A stretch of DNA of 64,000 nucleotides, from contig JBFWJC010000004.1 of NCBI GenBank assembly GCA_050253415.1, positions 32,001 through 96,000 on the forward strand, in the 5' to 3' direction. Made by a program: the position numbers and the translations under genes. This document shows, in pieces, positions 10,170 to 19,751 of the stretch; position 1 is the stretch's first letter, and the number at the start of each line of letters is the position of its first letter. The stretch comes from Pedobacter sp. (GTDB taxonomy: Bacteria > Desulfobacterota > Desulfuromonadia > Desulfuromonadales > Syntrophotaleaceae). The notes below the pieces were generated by a model. The model was not told where the DNA came from and made no database searches. It saw only the letters and a list, made by a program, of their open reading frames with translations.

Positions 10170-10227
10170 TCATTTTACCGAATTCTAATCAACATAAATG
10201 CTATTATCATTTTGATGAAATTCTGAT

Positions 10228-11376
10228 TTAATCGAAAATACACTTATGAAGTTCATTGAGATACGCGGTTCCCCAGCGCTCACATGGCTCGAGATGATTT
10301 CCCTCTGCCCATTCATTCCAAGCATTGACAAATAAAAAACGTTCTGGAACCAAAGACCAGTCGGTGACCTTAATTTTCCCTTCAACCCATCTTCTAAAAT
10401 GTTCTGGTGTTGACTGGTCTAGTATCAAAGCAGTGTCTTTCAATCTTCTGGCAGAGTTATCCCAACCAGGGCATACACCAGGAAAAATTGGTTGCCCATC
10501 TTGAAAGTCAAAAGCCAGGTCATTATTAACAACATCAGTATATCTGTGAATTTTATCAGGCGGCTTTAGCCCCAAATGAAATCGTTTCCTAATCCACCGA
10601 TAATAATTACTCGGGTAAAAGTATTTGGGATATTTACGGCCTTCAGCCTTGTCCAACCTACGGAATTGCCTTGTCAATGGCTGGAACTCAATACCTGCAT
10701 CAAAAACCGAAAAGGCTCTTTCAAAATCAGCAGAGGTACCTAGACCACGTTCAAATCGGCACAGATAAACGTTGATACCATTATTTATCAATTCGCGCCT
10801 AAATGCTTTTATGCAAAGATCAACGTTTTCAATTTCCTGATCTTTGTAGATTGCGAAAACAGGCCGGCCATCAACCTTGATATATCGGGGGTCTTTAAAA
10901 TATTTCACCAAGTGGCGTGCATGGGCAACAAAATCATCGACTGAATAACTCTGTCCTAGAAGAACTTTATTGTAGCCGCCGTCCCAGTTTCGAGACCAAT
11001 TTTCATTCGCCCAACATAGCATAAAAGGGAAATCTGGCTTCCCGGAAGCTAAAATTTCATCGACAGGCCTTTCAAGCAACCTACGACCATTAAACCAGTA
11101 GTGATAGTAGCAAAACCCGTAGATTCCAAATTTTTTAGCCAAATCGGCTTGTGCCTCGCGAGTTTCAGGAAGACGCAGATCATAAAAGCCGAGGTCCCGT
11201 GGCAGATGCGGCTGGTAATGCCCACGAAAACGAGGCTTGGCTTTAACAACATTCGACCACTCAGTAAACCCCTCACCCCACCACTGGCTATTTTCAGGAA
11301 CGGGATGGAACTGTGGAAGAACCAGAGCAATCGGTTTAATTTTCTCTTCACGATAAGGCATAACTAATATCGACAA
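10228..11376 (-). CDS. WbsX-family / GH99-like protein
   Basis: LPQFHPVPENSQWWGEGFTEW, LGFYDLR, GFCYYHYWF, LCWANENW, GWDNSAR and NAWNEWAEGNHLEP are characteristic of PF14307. Confidence 0.9.
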   Translation of the reverse strand: MSILVMPYREEKIKPIALVLPQFHPVPENSQWWGEGFTEWSNVVKAKPRFRGHYQPHLPRDLGFYDLRLPETREAQADLAKKFGIYGFCYYHYWFNGRRLLERPVDEILASGKPDFPFMLCWANENWSRNWDGGYNKVLLGQSYSVDDFVAHARHLVKYFKDPRYIKVDGRPVFAIYKDQEIENVDLCIKAFRRELINNGINVYLCRFERGLGTSADFERAFSVFDAGIEFQPLTRQFRRLDKAEGRKYPKYFYPSNYYRWIRKRFHLGLKPPDKIHRYTDVVNNDLAFDFQDGQPIFPGVCPGWDNSARRLKDTALILDQSTPEHFRRWVEGKIKVTDWSLVPERFLFVNAWNEWAEGNHLEPCERWGTAYLNELHKCIFD

Positions 11377-12533
11377 CCTTTTAAAATGCCGTTAATGATG
11401 TTACTTATCCTTTCAGTTCCGGCTGTGATATCATGACGATCACGGACCTTATCGGCGGCGCGCTCCCCTAGACATCTCAACAAAGAAGGATCAGCACAAA
11501 GACTGACAATCTTTTCGGCCATGGCCTCCAAATTAAGGTAGGGAACAATAAATCCAGCGTCATTTTCTACGAATTCTGGCATCCCACCCGCATCAGCAAA
11601 ACAGAGAATAGGTTTTCCAAAGGCCGCGGCTTCTAAACAAACAAGAGGAAAGGGATCCTCCCGCGACACCATTGCAAAAACGTCTCCAGCAATGAAATAA
11701 TCAAGGGGATTGTTTACTTGGCCAATAAATTGAATAAGGCCTTTCAGTCCCATCTGCTGTATTTGAGTATGAATGTTGCCTTTTTCCCTCTGGTTTTCCC
11801 AGCCGCCGACCCAAAGAAAGTGTACCGGCCTGTCAACAACGGATTTACTAACTAGGGCAGCCAACCGAACAAAGAGGTCCTTCCCCTTCCGCCAAGTTTC
11901 TTGTCCTGAGCCAAGAACTACAAAAGCACTTTCCGGAATACCAAGTTTCTGTCTGATCCCTGTCGGGTCCGCGGTAATCCCACATGCATGAATAAAGCTG
12001 TGCATAACGTCGATTTTTCCGGAAGCGATTGAGTACTTGCCAACAAGATTTTTTTTAACGGCTTCCGAGGCAGCAATATAATGGGTAGAGTACCTTCGCA
12101 CCTGATCAAGGTTAGTACTACCTGACCTTTCAATCCAATAGTCGAGTTCGTGAACATGGGTTAGTACTGGACAACCGAGAGGTGTCAACGTTTTAAGGAT
12201 GTCACCATTAGTGATGGTATTGGAATAAATCAGCTTTACCCCGGAGTCTCGAAATCGTTTTACCAATTGCCTGTGATGCCATGCGGCAAGAAAGTGACTC
12301 AGCCCTGGGATTCGGGAAACGCAGGCCCTGCCTCTACCTGATGTAATACGATTCTCATAAAAATATGTTGGGGCAATAGCGGAAAATTCTTCCTGAAGGG
12401 GTCCTGGGCCGCGCAGCAAGATCTCAAAAGAGAGATTAGAGTTCTTCTTGAACCACCTCAGCAGGTTAAGCAGCATTAAGGGAGCGCCAGTGCGGCAAGC
12501 GCTATGGCTTATGAACAATATGTTGTTTTGCAT
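11364..12533 (-). CDS. Family 4 glycosyltransferase
   Basis: FISHSACRTGAP, THVHE, RKGKDLF and SREDPFPLVCLEAAAFGKP motifs. Confidence 0.88.
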   Translation of the reverse strand: MQNNILFISHSACRTGAPLMLLNLLRWFKKNSNLSFEILLRGPGPLQEEFSAIAPTYFYENRITSGRGRACVSRIPGLSHFLAAWHHRQLVKRFRDSGVKLIYSNTITNGDILKTLTPLGCPVLTHVHELDYWIERSGSTNLDQVRRYSTHYIAASEAVKKNLVGKYSIASGKIDVMHSFIHACGITADPTGIRQKLGIPESAFVVLGSGQETWRKGKDLFVRLAALVSKSVVDRPVHFLWVGGWENQREKGNIHTQIQQMGLKGLIQFIGQVNNPLDYFIAGDVFAMVSREDPFPLVCLEAAAFGKPILCFADAGGMPEFVENDAGFIVPYLNLEAMAEKIVSLCADPSLLRCLGERAADKVRDRHDITAGTERISNIINGILKGCRY

Positions 12534-12550
12534 AAATTTTTAATAAATCC

Positions 12551-13945
12551 TTAAATAATTTTTGTCTGTTTATGCAGAATTTTCTTCAATATTTTCTTTG
12601 GGATCTTTCTAGCGAAAGTGAGCCAGTCTTTTAGTGAAAGATCCGCTTTATGCAATTGCGCAGGCCTCAAAGCCAAGAACCGTGAAATTATGGAAAGTTC
12701 GTCTAAATACATAAATTTATTTTTTTCCGAGATAGATGGTTGCGGAAAAGGGATATCACCAATGCCCTTAACCCCAATACGGTTTAATTCATATGATGGA
12801 GAAAATAGATAACCAAATAAAAGTTTGGAAAAAAATAGATCATCTTTTTGAGGAATATTTTTTTTAGCAAGAAATATCAAACTTCCAAGACTCTTACTAA
12901 GATCACTTGTATTTTCAACCTTTATAACGAATCGATTTTTTTCAAGAATCGACTGTCCAAGGATCAAAACGGGCTTACCCAAAAGAGCCGCTTCTACTGC
13001 TGAAGAAGAATTAATTGACACAACAGCATCCGAATGCTCTATACAATCAAATATATGGGCTTCTTCAACCCACCTACCAGAGGCCATGGGTAACCCCTTA
13101 AAGGAGCCTGCATCTTCTTGCATCGGATGTTTTTTTGCTAATAGAAAAATATCCTTTGAATATGGAATTAAAGATTCTACGAGATGGTAATAAGCATCGA
13201 AGACTGATGGGTAAAGAGGAGAAAAAATTTTTGAATTGGAATCCTTATCAACCTGAGAAGGGAAAAAAAGAATTACCTTGTCTTTCGGTATTCCAAACTT
13301 GTTTAGAAAACCGGCCCGACTTGCAATCCTCCCAGGCTGCCCCCAATTGCTTTCCCCAGTGGAGATGTAATGTTCTGAAAACCGTTGAATTCTCTGTAAC
13401 TCGATATCGGACTTAATTTTCTCAAAATGGGCAACAAAGGATGAACGGTAATTTATACCCATTTCATCAAAAGAGAACGTTCCTGCCAAAGGACCACGTT
13501 CTACAAAATATCGTTTAATACCTGAAGATTCGGCTACTTGTGCAAGAGCTACTTCAGGTAGATGAAAGCCATTCCAGATATAAACAGCTGATGGCGTGTA
13601 GAGTTTAAGTATTGAAATCCAATAAAGCAACCAAGAATACGCTACCTTCCTAGATCGAACAGGGTCATACATTTGCCATATTTTGTCGTATTCAGAAATC
13701 TTATCAACGATATCTGGATACTGAAAGTCACAATCATCAAACAAATCAATAAAAAGGTTTTTTCCATAACTCAATTTGACAATATTTAATATTTTTAAGC
13801 TAGGACTCTCCACTGGAGTAAAGAAAATAAAATTGAAGTCTTGTTTATAACGGTCATATAGTGAATTCCATAAATCCACCTCGCTCTTGGAGAGAGAGGC
13901 ACAATTAAGTATTATAATATTACATTTCTTAAATTCACTATTCAT
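12551..13945 (-). CDS. KpsS/LipB-like capsule-synthesis family protein (putative beta-Kdo transferase fold)
   Basis: IWNG, FVERGP, FDEMGIN, FPSQVDKDSN, KKHP and INSSSAVEAALLGKPV match PF05159-type motifs. Confidence 0.7.
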   Translation of the reverse strand: MNSEFKKCNIIILNCASLSKSEVDLWNSLYDRYKQDFNFIFFTPVESPSLKILNIVKLSYGKNLFIDLFDDCDFQYPDIVDKISEYDKIWQMYDPVRSRKVAYSWLLYWISILKLYTPSAVYIWNGFHLPEVALAQVAESSGIKRYFVERGPLAGTFSFDEMGINYRSSFVAHFEKIKSDIELQRIQRFSEHYISTGESNWGQPGRIASRAGFLNKFGIPKDKVILFFPSQVDKDSNSKIFSPLYPSVFDAYYHLVESLIPYSKDIFLLAKKHPMQEDAGSFKGLPMASGRWVEEAHIFDCIEHSDAVVSINSSSAVEAALLGKPVLILGQSILEKNRFVIKVENTSDLSKSLGSLIFLAKKNIPQKDDLFFSKLLFGYLFSPSYELNRIGVKGIGDIPFPQPSISEKNKFMYLDELSIISRFLALRPAQLHKADLSLKDWLTFARKIPKKILKKILHKQTKII

Positions 13946-13977
13946 TTTAAATTAGAGCAATCTGTTTAAGGTGTTTA

Positions 13978-16683
13978 TTAAACCATATTATGAACATTTA
14001 AAAACTTAAAAATAGCTTCACCTGATCTTTTTTTTAATTTCTTAACATTTTCCTCAATGCAACAAGAAAAACTATCTCTTTGAAAAAAGACATCTCCTAT
14101 CTTTTCAATAACATTCTTCTCGAGTTGTTCAGGTCTTACTTTAACAAGTAGATCTTCCTGATCGAAAATTTTCATTGCACCGTAGTTTTTATGATGGTAA
14201 TAATCATCGAAGACCATTGATACGGTTGGCACGGCAGCGGCCATAGCAAAGATAATTGGGTGATGTTTCATCGTTAAACAGAGATGTGCACCTTGTATGA
14301 GACCAACAGCCAAGTCTGGGTGGTACTTATGCTTCGGAAAAATACTGGGAACTGTCATGGCATGACGAACTGCCTCGGTGGAAGATTCATCCGATATGAC
14401 CATGGGAACAAATACAATTTGAACACCAAAATTTTTATAGACCCAATCAAGAGCCCTTGCCAGGTTTTCCGTGATCATTCTGGACGTTTCTGAATCCTGG
14501 CCCCAATAGTGTACATTTACGGCCAGATAAGGTTGACCAATATTCAAACCACTATCTGCTAACAAGGATAAAACTTCGTTTTTTTCAGCCGCCTTAAAAA
14601 ATAGCGCATCATCAAATGTGATTTCTACTTTTTCATTCAGCATACCGATATCAGCGAGATCCTTGGGTGAGTCAACACCATCACGAAGGTAAATCAAAGC
14701 AGCTTTTTTCAAACCCCACTTAGCCAAAAACCGGCTTACTTTATCCTGAAAAACCCCGATAGTCTGTCCAGAGAGAATTACCGGCACGTCCAACGCAGAA
14801 GCAAGACGGATCAACAACATGTTGTCCCATAACCGCGTAAGAGTCATACCCGTTAGATAGCCACCACCAGAAAGGAACAACACGTCTGAATCGTTGAGTT
14901 CGTTAAGCAGCCTCGCCTGTGCTGAGGTCAGACCAACTATCGGCAATCCTGCCCGCACCAGACAGGCATTAAAAAGACTGATAGCGGCCACCAGCGGATA
15001 AAGAACCTTGAATATTTTCTGAGAACCAAAATATTCCTGTCCCCCCAGAGTAAAAAGAGACTTCCTCGGCGCAAGTTCAACCTTAACCGAGCCATGCATA
15101 TTGCTGGTGTATTCCCGGTTCGGAGTTAGAACGGTTAACCTGCAGCCAGGTGACAACCGTCGCCAGTGTTGCAGATTAGCCGCGAGTTGCGCTTCGTCGC
15201 CGACATTGCCGTATCCGTAACCACCCGCTATCAAAACTCTGAGGCGGCTAATATCAACGGAGCGCTTTGCCTGCCGAACTCCGAAAAAGAAAAGAACCGA
15301 CATCACAGCAGGACGAGCTACCTTTAACCATAATCGTTCCATAACCCTATTAATTCGCCGGAAGAATTTTTTCACAACCGTTCTATTCCAAGTTAATGGA
15401 CTTACCAACAAAAGCAAACCTGTTACCGGTACATTGCCTAGTCGGAAATAGAAGAAATTCGACAATTTCATCAACAACCAGAGCCGCCAGTATTCATGAG
15501 TCTCCCTTGAGAACCATTGACGGTTCCAACCCAGCGAGTCATAGTTCTTGTCCAGTTCCTGCTTGATACTTTTTTTCCAGACGAGTCGATAACGGACCTT
15601 CTCGTGCTTGAAAATGGGCGTCGCAATTTGCGAATTAAAGACTTCATCGATATCGCACTCTTCAAGAAATAATCGGTTAACATTTTTCAACTGGGTCAAG
15701 TGCTTTAAAATCTCGCGATTATTGACGACCAACAGCGAGGACCCGAGAGGGTCGGCACTCAAACGGCCCCAGGCATCTTTGATTGAGATATCCGCATCAA
15801 CCCCGTAGAAATCGGCGCAATACAGGCAGCACTCTTGGGCAAAGAAATAATTGCGCCACATCTTCGTAAAGGCGGTGGCAAATCGGTTTCTTCTTATTTC
15901 CCGGTCGGGTAGGATAAAAAGATTATTAAAATTGTTGGCATCCGGTATTCCCATCTTGTCACGGGTTCGGATAGTATAACGTACATCCTTCTCAATACCC
16001 TCTTTGACGGCAAGGCAGTCAGAGAAGGCCCCTGTCACACTCTTTCCACAAACAAGACCGAATTTGTACTTAATTTTCCCCCTTATCCCTGAAGGAAGCC
16101 GGGCTAACCCACGTAGCACGCAAGGAACGCCCACAACTGCAAACGAGCCCGGACATTCAGCAATCTCGCGAAGAACTTTATCATAACTCGGTGTATGATA
16201 ATGGGAACCTCTACCCTGATAGAGTTCCTCAACCGAGCGGAAAATCTTCATTTCAAAATGCGGAGTCCCCACAGAACCTGACAGCGGCAAGACAGCCATG
16301 ACACCATCAACGGCCCCGGAGGTGAGTAGGTGCTCAAGCAGTGCACTGGTCACCCCCCCAGAAGCGGAACGAATTCTCCTAGACGCATCCTTATCGTAAG
16401 CAATAAAGTATTTCGACTCCGCCGCAAGCCCGAACCTTGCGCCCTGAGCCTGCGCGGCAGCCGCGTATTCCATAATGCACTGGGGAGAGTTTGGACAAAC
16501 TTTGCGGCAACTGCCACAATTGATACAGCCTGCTTCATCAACTACTGGTTGCCACGTCAGATTTTCTTGCCAAACCATGCCAATCATTGTTTTCGGACAG
16601 ACGGCGCAACAGAGACCACAACCGACACATAGGTTGCTGAGAACAATATCACTGATATTCAAAATGGCCCTATCAGACGGCAT
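13978..16683 (-). CDS. Fusion of 2x[4Fe-4S] ferredoxin, FrhB-like (F420 hydrogenase beta) domain and polysaccharide pyruvyltransferase
   Basis: CVGCGLCCAVCP and CINCGSCRKVCP; RIRSASGG, VVGVPC, GLVC, CLYCAD and DISIKDAW (FrhB-like); C-terminal GGYGYGNVGDEA, SGGGYL, GQTIG, YLRD, DDA and MKHHPIIFA (PS_pyruv_trans-like). One uninterrupted ORF of about 900 aa. Confidence 0.85.
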   Translation of the reverse strand: MPSDRAILNISDIVLSNLCVGCGLCCAVCPKTMIGMVWQENLTWQPVVDEAGCINCGSCRKVCPNSPQCIMEYAAAAQAQGARFGLAAESKYFIAYDKDASRRIRSASGGVTSALLEHLLTSGAVDGVMAVLPLSGSVGTPHFEMKIFRSVEELYQGRGSHYHTPSYDKVLREIAECPGSFAVVGVPCVLRGLARLPSGIRGKIKYKFGLVCGKSVTGAFSDCLAVKEGIEKDVRYTIRTRDKMGIPDANNFNNLFILPDREIRRNRFATAFTKMWRNYFFAQECCLYCADFYGVDADISIKDAWGRLSADPLGSSLLVVNNREILKHLTQLKNVNRLFLEECDIDEVFNSQIATPIFKHEKVRYRLVWKKSIKQELDKNYDSLGWNRQWFSRETHEYWRLWLLMKLSNFFYFRLGNVPVTGLLLLVSPLTWNRTVVKKFFRRINRVMERLWLKVARPAVMSVLFFFGVRQAKRSVDISRLRVLIAGGYGYGNVGDEAQLAANLQHWRRLSPGCRLTVLTPNREYTSNMHGSVKVELAPRKSLFTLGGQEYFGSQKIFKVLYPLVAAISLFNACLVRAGLPIVGLTSAQARLLNELNDSDVLFLSGGGYLTGMTLTRLWDNMLLIRLASALDVPVILSGQTIGVFQDKVSRFLAKWGLKKAALIYLRDGVDSPKDLADIGMLNEKVEITFDDALFFKAAEKNEVLSLLADSGLNIGQPYLAVNVHYWGQDSETSRMITENLARALDWVYKNFGVQIVFVPMVISDESSTEAVRHAMTVPSIFPKHKYHPDLAVGLIQGAHLCLTMKHHPIIFAMAAAVPTVSMVFDDYYHHKNYGAMKIFDQEDLLVKVRPEQLEKNVIEKIGDVFFQRDSFSCCIEENVKKLKKRSGEAIFKFLNVHNMV

Positions 16684-17617
16684 GCTCAATTCCAGGTCTT
16701 ACGGATTTCCTGATTACAACCGACAGATGCGTCCCCCCGGCAATTTTTGCGGTTACCATATCCCCGAAAAATGACCATATTTTCTGAGCAAGCGTTTTGG
16801 TTGAAAAATATGGAGAGTAAACCGAATCCGTCAGAGGGAAAATGGCAATCTCCGAATGTATATGATTCTCCTCCAGAAACATCCGCATCCCCTTTCGGGA
16901 AATAGCCCAAAGATGTCTTGGTGGGTCTAGACCATGTAACATTTTTCCGGTTAAAAGTTTCAACTTAACCCTTGAACTTGAGAGTCCACTTGCTATGCTG
17001 ATTTTCTTCACCCGATCTTTCAAATTCAAGTAAGGATAAGCAAAATACTCCAAAGAATCTCCGTTTGGGCAAATGACCAGAAGCGTTCCGCCCTCTTCCA
17101 GAAATTCGGTTAGCTTAAGGATAAAAGCTGCAGGATCAACCAAGTGTTCAATAAGATGCCGGCACATGATAAAGTCGTACTTGTGTTCACCGGCATTCAG
17201 CATTGCAGCGTCTTGGTTCAATACATTTTTCAGCCCAACCTTCTCCTTGGCAAAACTGCACGCCTCACTGTCGAGGTCAACATAGGTGCTCATGCCGTAA
17301 CCTGATACTTCAAACGCTTTTGCATAAAAACCACCACCGCCACCAACATCAAGCATTTTAAGGCGACCGGTCTTCGGCAAATTGAGCCCTAAAAAGAGCT
17401 CTGTCCCTGTTTTTAATATGCAATGCAGATTCCGAAGGTCTGCACAAAAAAGGAATCCCTTGTAGAACTCCAGTAATTCTTTGTCATTAGGCATTGGGTA
17501 AACCTGCCCTGTACCACAACCGCCACACTGTAAAACATCATATTCACTCATTTGATAAACGGGTGAGGTAGAACCCTGACAAAATGGGCATACAGGATAC
17601 TGGTGTAGGGTATTCAT
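16673..17617 (-). CDS. Class I SAM-dependent methyltransferase with N-terminal Cys4 zinc ribbon
   Basis: CPFC...CGGC, MLDVGGGGG, HLIEHLVDP and PPRHLW motifs. Confidence 0.85.
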   Translation of the reverse strand: MNTLHQYPVCPFCQGSTSPVYQMSEYDVLQCGGCGTGQVYPMPNDKELLEFYKGFLFCADLRNLHCILKTGTELFLGLNLPKTGRLKMLDVGGGGGFYAKAFEVSGYGMSTYVDLDSEACSFAKEKVGLKNVLNQDAAMLNAGEHKYDFIMCRHLIEHLVDPAAFILKLTEFLEEGGTLLVICPNGDSLEYFAYPYLNLKDRVKKISIASGLSSSRVKLKLLTGKMLHGLDPPRHLWAISRKGMRMFLEENHIHSEIAIFPLTDSVYSPYFSTKTLAQKIWSFFGDMVTAKIAGGTHLSVVIRKSVRPGIEHAV

Positions 17618-17629
17618 CGTTCATTATTC

Positions 17630-18826
17630 CTATCTAATCAACATCCAGTTAGCCATCAACTGAACAGATGCACCACCACAAAAGCTCCCTATGACTTCAA
17701 AACTTTTCCCTGCATATAACCAAAAAAGTTGTCTATTGTTGGTCTTGTCATAAACAATCAGGTTAAGATAGTAAACGCCAGGGTTTAGATCCAAGCGATC
17801 AACTTCAATACGGACTCTGAATTTACTGTTTTCATTTTCTATTTTTACGCCATTGTAGGAAGAATGGCACTGAGCCACCAGCGTTCCGTCTTGCCCCATA
17901 AAGGTAATCGACAAGGAAACTTCCTCGTATTTATCCCCAATATTTAGGTCGAATTCAAAAACGAAAGGATCACGCCAGTTGAAAATGTCGCATGTTCGAT
18001 TATTTTTATCGAGTAAAGTCAAATTCTCAACAAGAGTGTCTTCATCGCCCCTGATGGCTTTTTGATTTTGACCAAAGCATGCGTTATATTGAGCAATTGC
18101 CTGGGCAGTATCACCTTGAAATACTTTCTTCCCTTTTTCCATCAATAAGGCTGAACTACTTAATCTATTAACAAAATACATATGGTGAGATACAAAAATA
18201 ACAGCACATTTTTCAACTAAATCAGCCACTCTCGAATAACACTTTGATCGGAAGCCAAGATCTCCAACAGCCAAAACTTCGTCAATAAGCAGCACATCCG
18301 GCTCCATTTGAGCCGCCACTGCGAAACCAAGACGCACTCTCATGCCCGAACTGTAGTTTTGCACAGGTGTATCAATGAACTCTTCTATCTCAGCGAAATC
18401 AATGATTTCATCAAGTTTCCGGTCAATTTCCTTTTTACTAAAACCCAAAACAGAACCATTAACATAGATATTTTCGCGACCGGACAAAATCGGGTTAAAT
18501 CCAGCCCCAAGTTCAATAAGCGCACCGACGCGGCCATGCATGGTAATCCGACCCTGATCCGGCTTAATAAGTCCATTTAGCATCTTCAAGAGAGTACTTT
18601 TTCCGGCGCCATTAGGTCCGATCAATCCAAGGCATTCGCCACGCTTAAGTTCAAAGCTAACGTTATTTACCGCCCAGAATTCATCCTTACGCAGTTCACC
18701 GTTTCCACCGTGGTGTTGACCAGACAATTCCTTGCAAAGGTCTTGCATACCATACAACAGGGAACGTTTTAGACTTCGACAAAACTTCTTTGAAACGCCT
18801 TCGACTCTGATTATCTTCTCGCTCAT
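17630..18826 (-). CDS. wzt: Polysaccharide ABC exporter ATPase with C-terminal carbohydrate-binding domain
   Basis: GPNGAGKST, YSSGMRVRLGFA, DEVLAVGD and VSH, followed by a ~150 aa beta-rich Wzt_C domain (LNPGVYYL). Alternative GTG start at 18838. Confidence 0.92.
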   Translation of the reverse strand: MSEKIIRVEGVSKKFCRSLKRSLLYGMQDLCKELSGQHHGGNGELRKDEFWAVNNVSFELKRGECLGLIGPNGAGKSTLLKMLNGLIKPDQGRITMHGRVGALIELGAGFNPILSGRENIYVNGSVLGFSKKEIDRKLDEIIDFAEIEEFIDTPVQNYSSGMRVRLGFAVAAQMEPDVLLIDEVLAVGDLGFRSKCYSRVADLVEKCAVIFVSHHMYFVNRLSSSALLMEKGKKVFQGDTAQAIAQYNACFGQNQKAIRGDEDTLVENLTLLDKNNRTCDIFNWRDPFVFEFDLNIGDKYEEVSLSITFMGQDGTLVAQCHSSYNGVKIENENSKFRVRIEVDRLDLNPGVYYLNLIVYDKTNNRQLFWLYAGKSFEVIGSFCGGASVQLMANWMLIR

Positions 18827-18830
18827 GGCC

Positions 18831-19682
18831 TTAGGCACTCATGCGTTCAATAAGAATAGGCATCGCCAATCGATAGACTACCCAAACCACGAGCAACAAC
18901 ACGATGGCAGCAAAATTAACCAGAAAGTAATAACCTAAGTATTCAGGCGTAAAGCCTGTCAACCAATTGCGGGCATTTATTATGACAGGCGTAAGCGGGT
19001 TATTAGCGAAGAGCGTGGCTGCCCATCCCTCTTTTGGCATGGGGAAAACTACAGGCGTAACGAACATCAAAAAATGCATCAGCAAGGGCAGACCACGACC
19101 GATATCTGAATAGAGAATGCCGACTGGAGTAATGAGCAAACCCAAAGCAGTGCCAACCAGGATCAGTGATAGAATCCCAAATGGAAAGTACAGCAGCCCC
19201 CATCCTGGATTAATTCCCATAAAAAACAACACACCTAGAAGAAGGGTGATCTTGATGAACGCGTTGAACAGTGTCTGGTAGATGCCTGAGACGATCAAGG
19301 CTTCGCGAGGAAAATTGAGCTTGGTCAACATTGCCTTGGCAGCAATGGCTTGCTGCAGAGGGGCATTGAGGGCATCCATAAATAAGGCCCAGAGCATAGT
19401 ACCAGTGAGGACATATACCGGATAAGGCAGCGCGGTATCGGAAATCTTAACCACTCCGGTACTATTCAGGAAGATCCAGGCGATGGTGTTGGCAAGGGGC
19501 AGAATGAAGGCCCAGAGGATGCCAAGGAAGGCTTGACGGTACTGGGCGCTGATGTCTCGCACCGCCAAACGCCAAGCCAACTCCCGGCCGGCGGCTAAGT
19601 CACGAAACATCTCTCTTGCCATCCTGCAAGGGTTGGCAAGAGACGAATCAGGTGTATAGATGATTATTCGTGGTTCTTTCAA
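18831..19682 (-). CDS. wzm: Polysaccharide ABC exporter permease
   Basis: RDISAQYRQAFLGILWAFILP, KLNFPRE, FVTPVVFP and NPLTPVI; adjacent to wzt. Confidence 0.9.
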   Translation of the reverse strand: MKEPRIIIYTPDSSLANPCRMAREMFRDLAAGRELAWRLAVRDISAQYRQAFLGILWAFILPLANTIAWIFLNSTGVVKISDTALPYPVYVLTGTMLWALFMDALNAPLQQAIAAKAMLTKLNFPREALIVSGIYQTLFNAFIKITLLLGVLFFMGINPGWGLLYFPFGILSLILVGTALGLLITPVGILYSDIGRGLPLLMHFLMFVTPVVFPMPKEGWAATLFANNPLTPVIINARNWLTGFTPEYLGYYFLVNFAAIVLLLVVWVVYRLAMPILIERMSA

Positions 19683-19751
19683 TGCGGCTTCAACCTGTAA
19701 TCAGTTTGTGATGCCTTCGCGAGGAGGATCTAAAACAATCGGCGCTGTTTC

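Noticed and set aside
13978..16683. F420-reducing hydrogenase
   Set aside because: No hydrogenase large subunit or maturation genes nearby; the domain is fused to a glycan enzyme.
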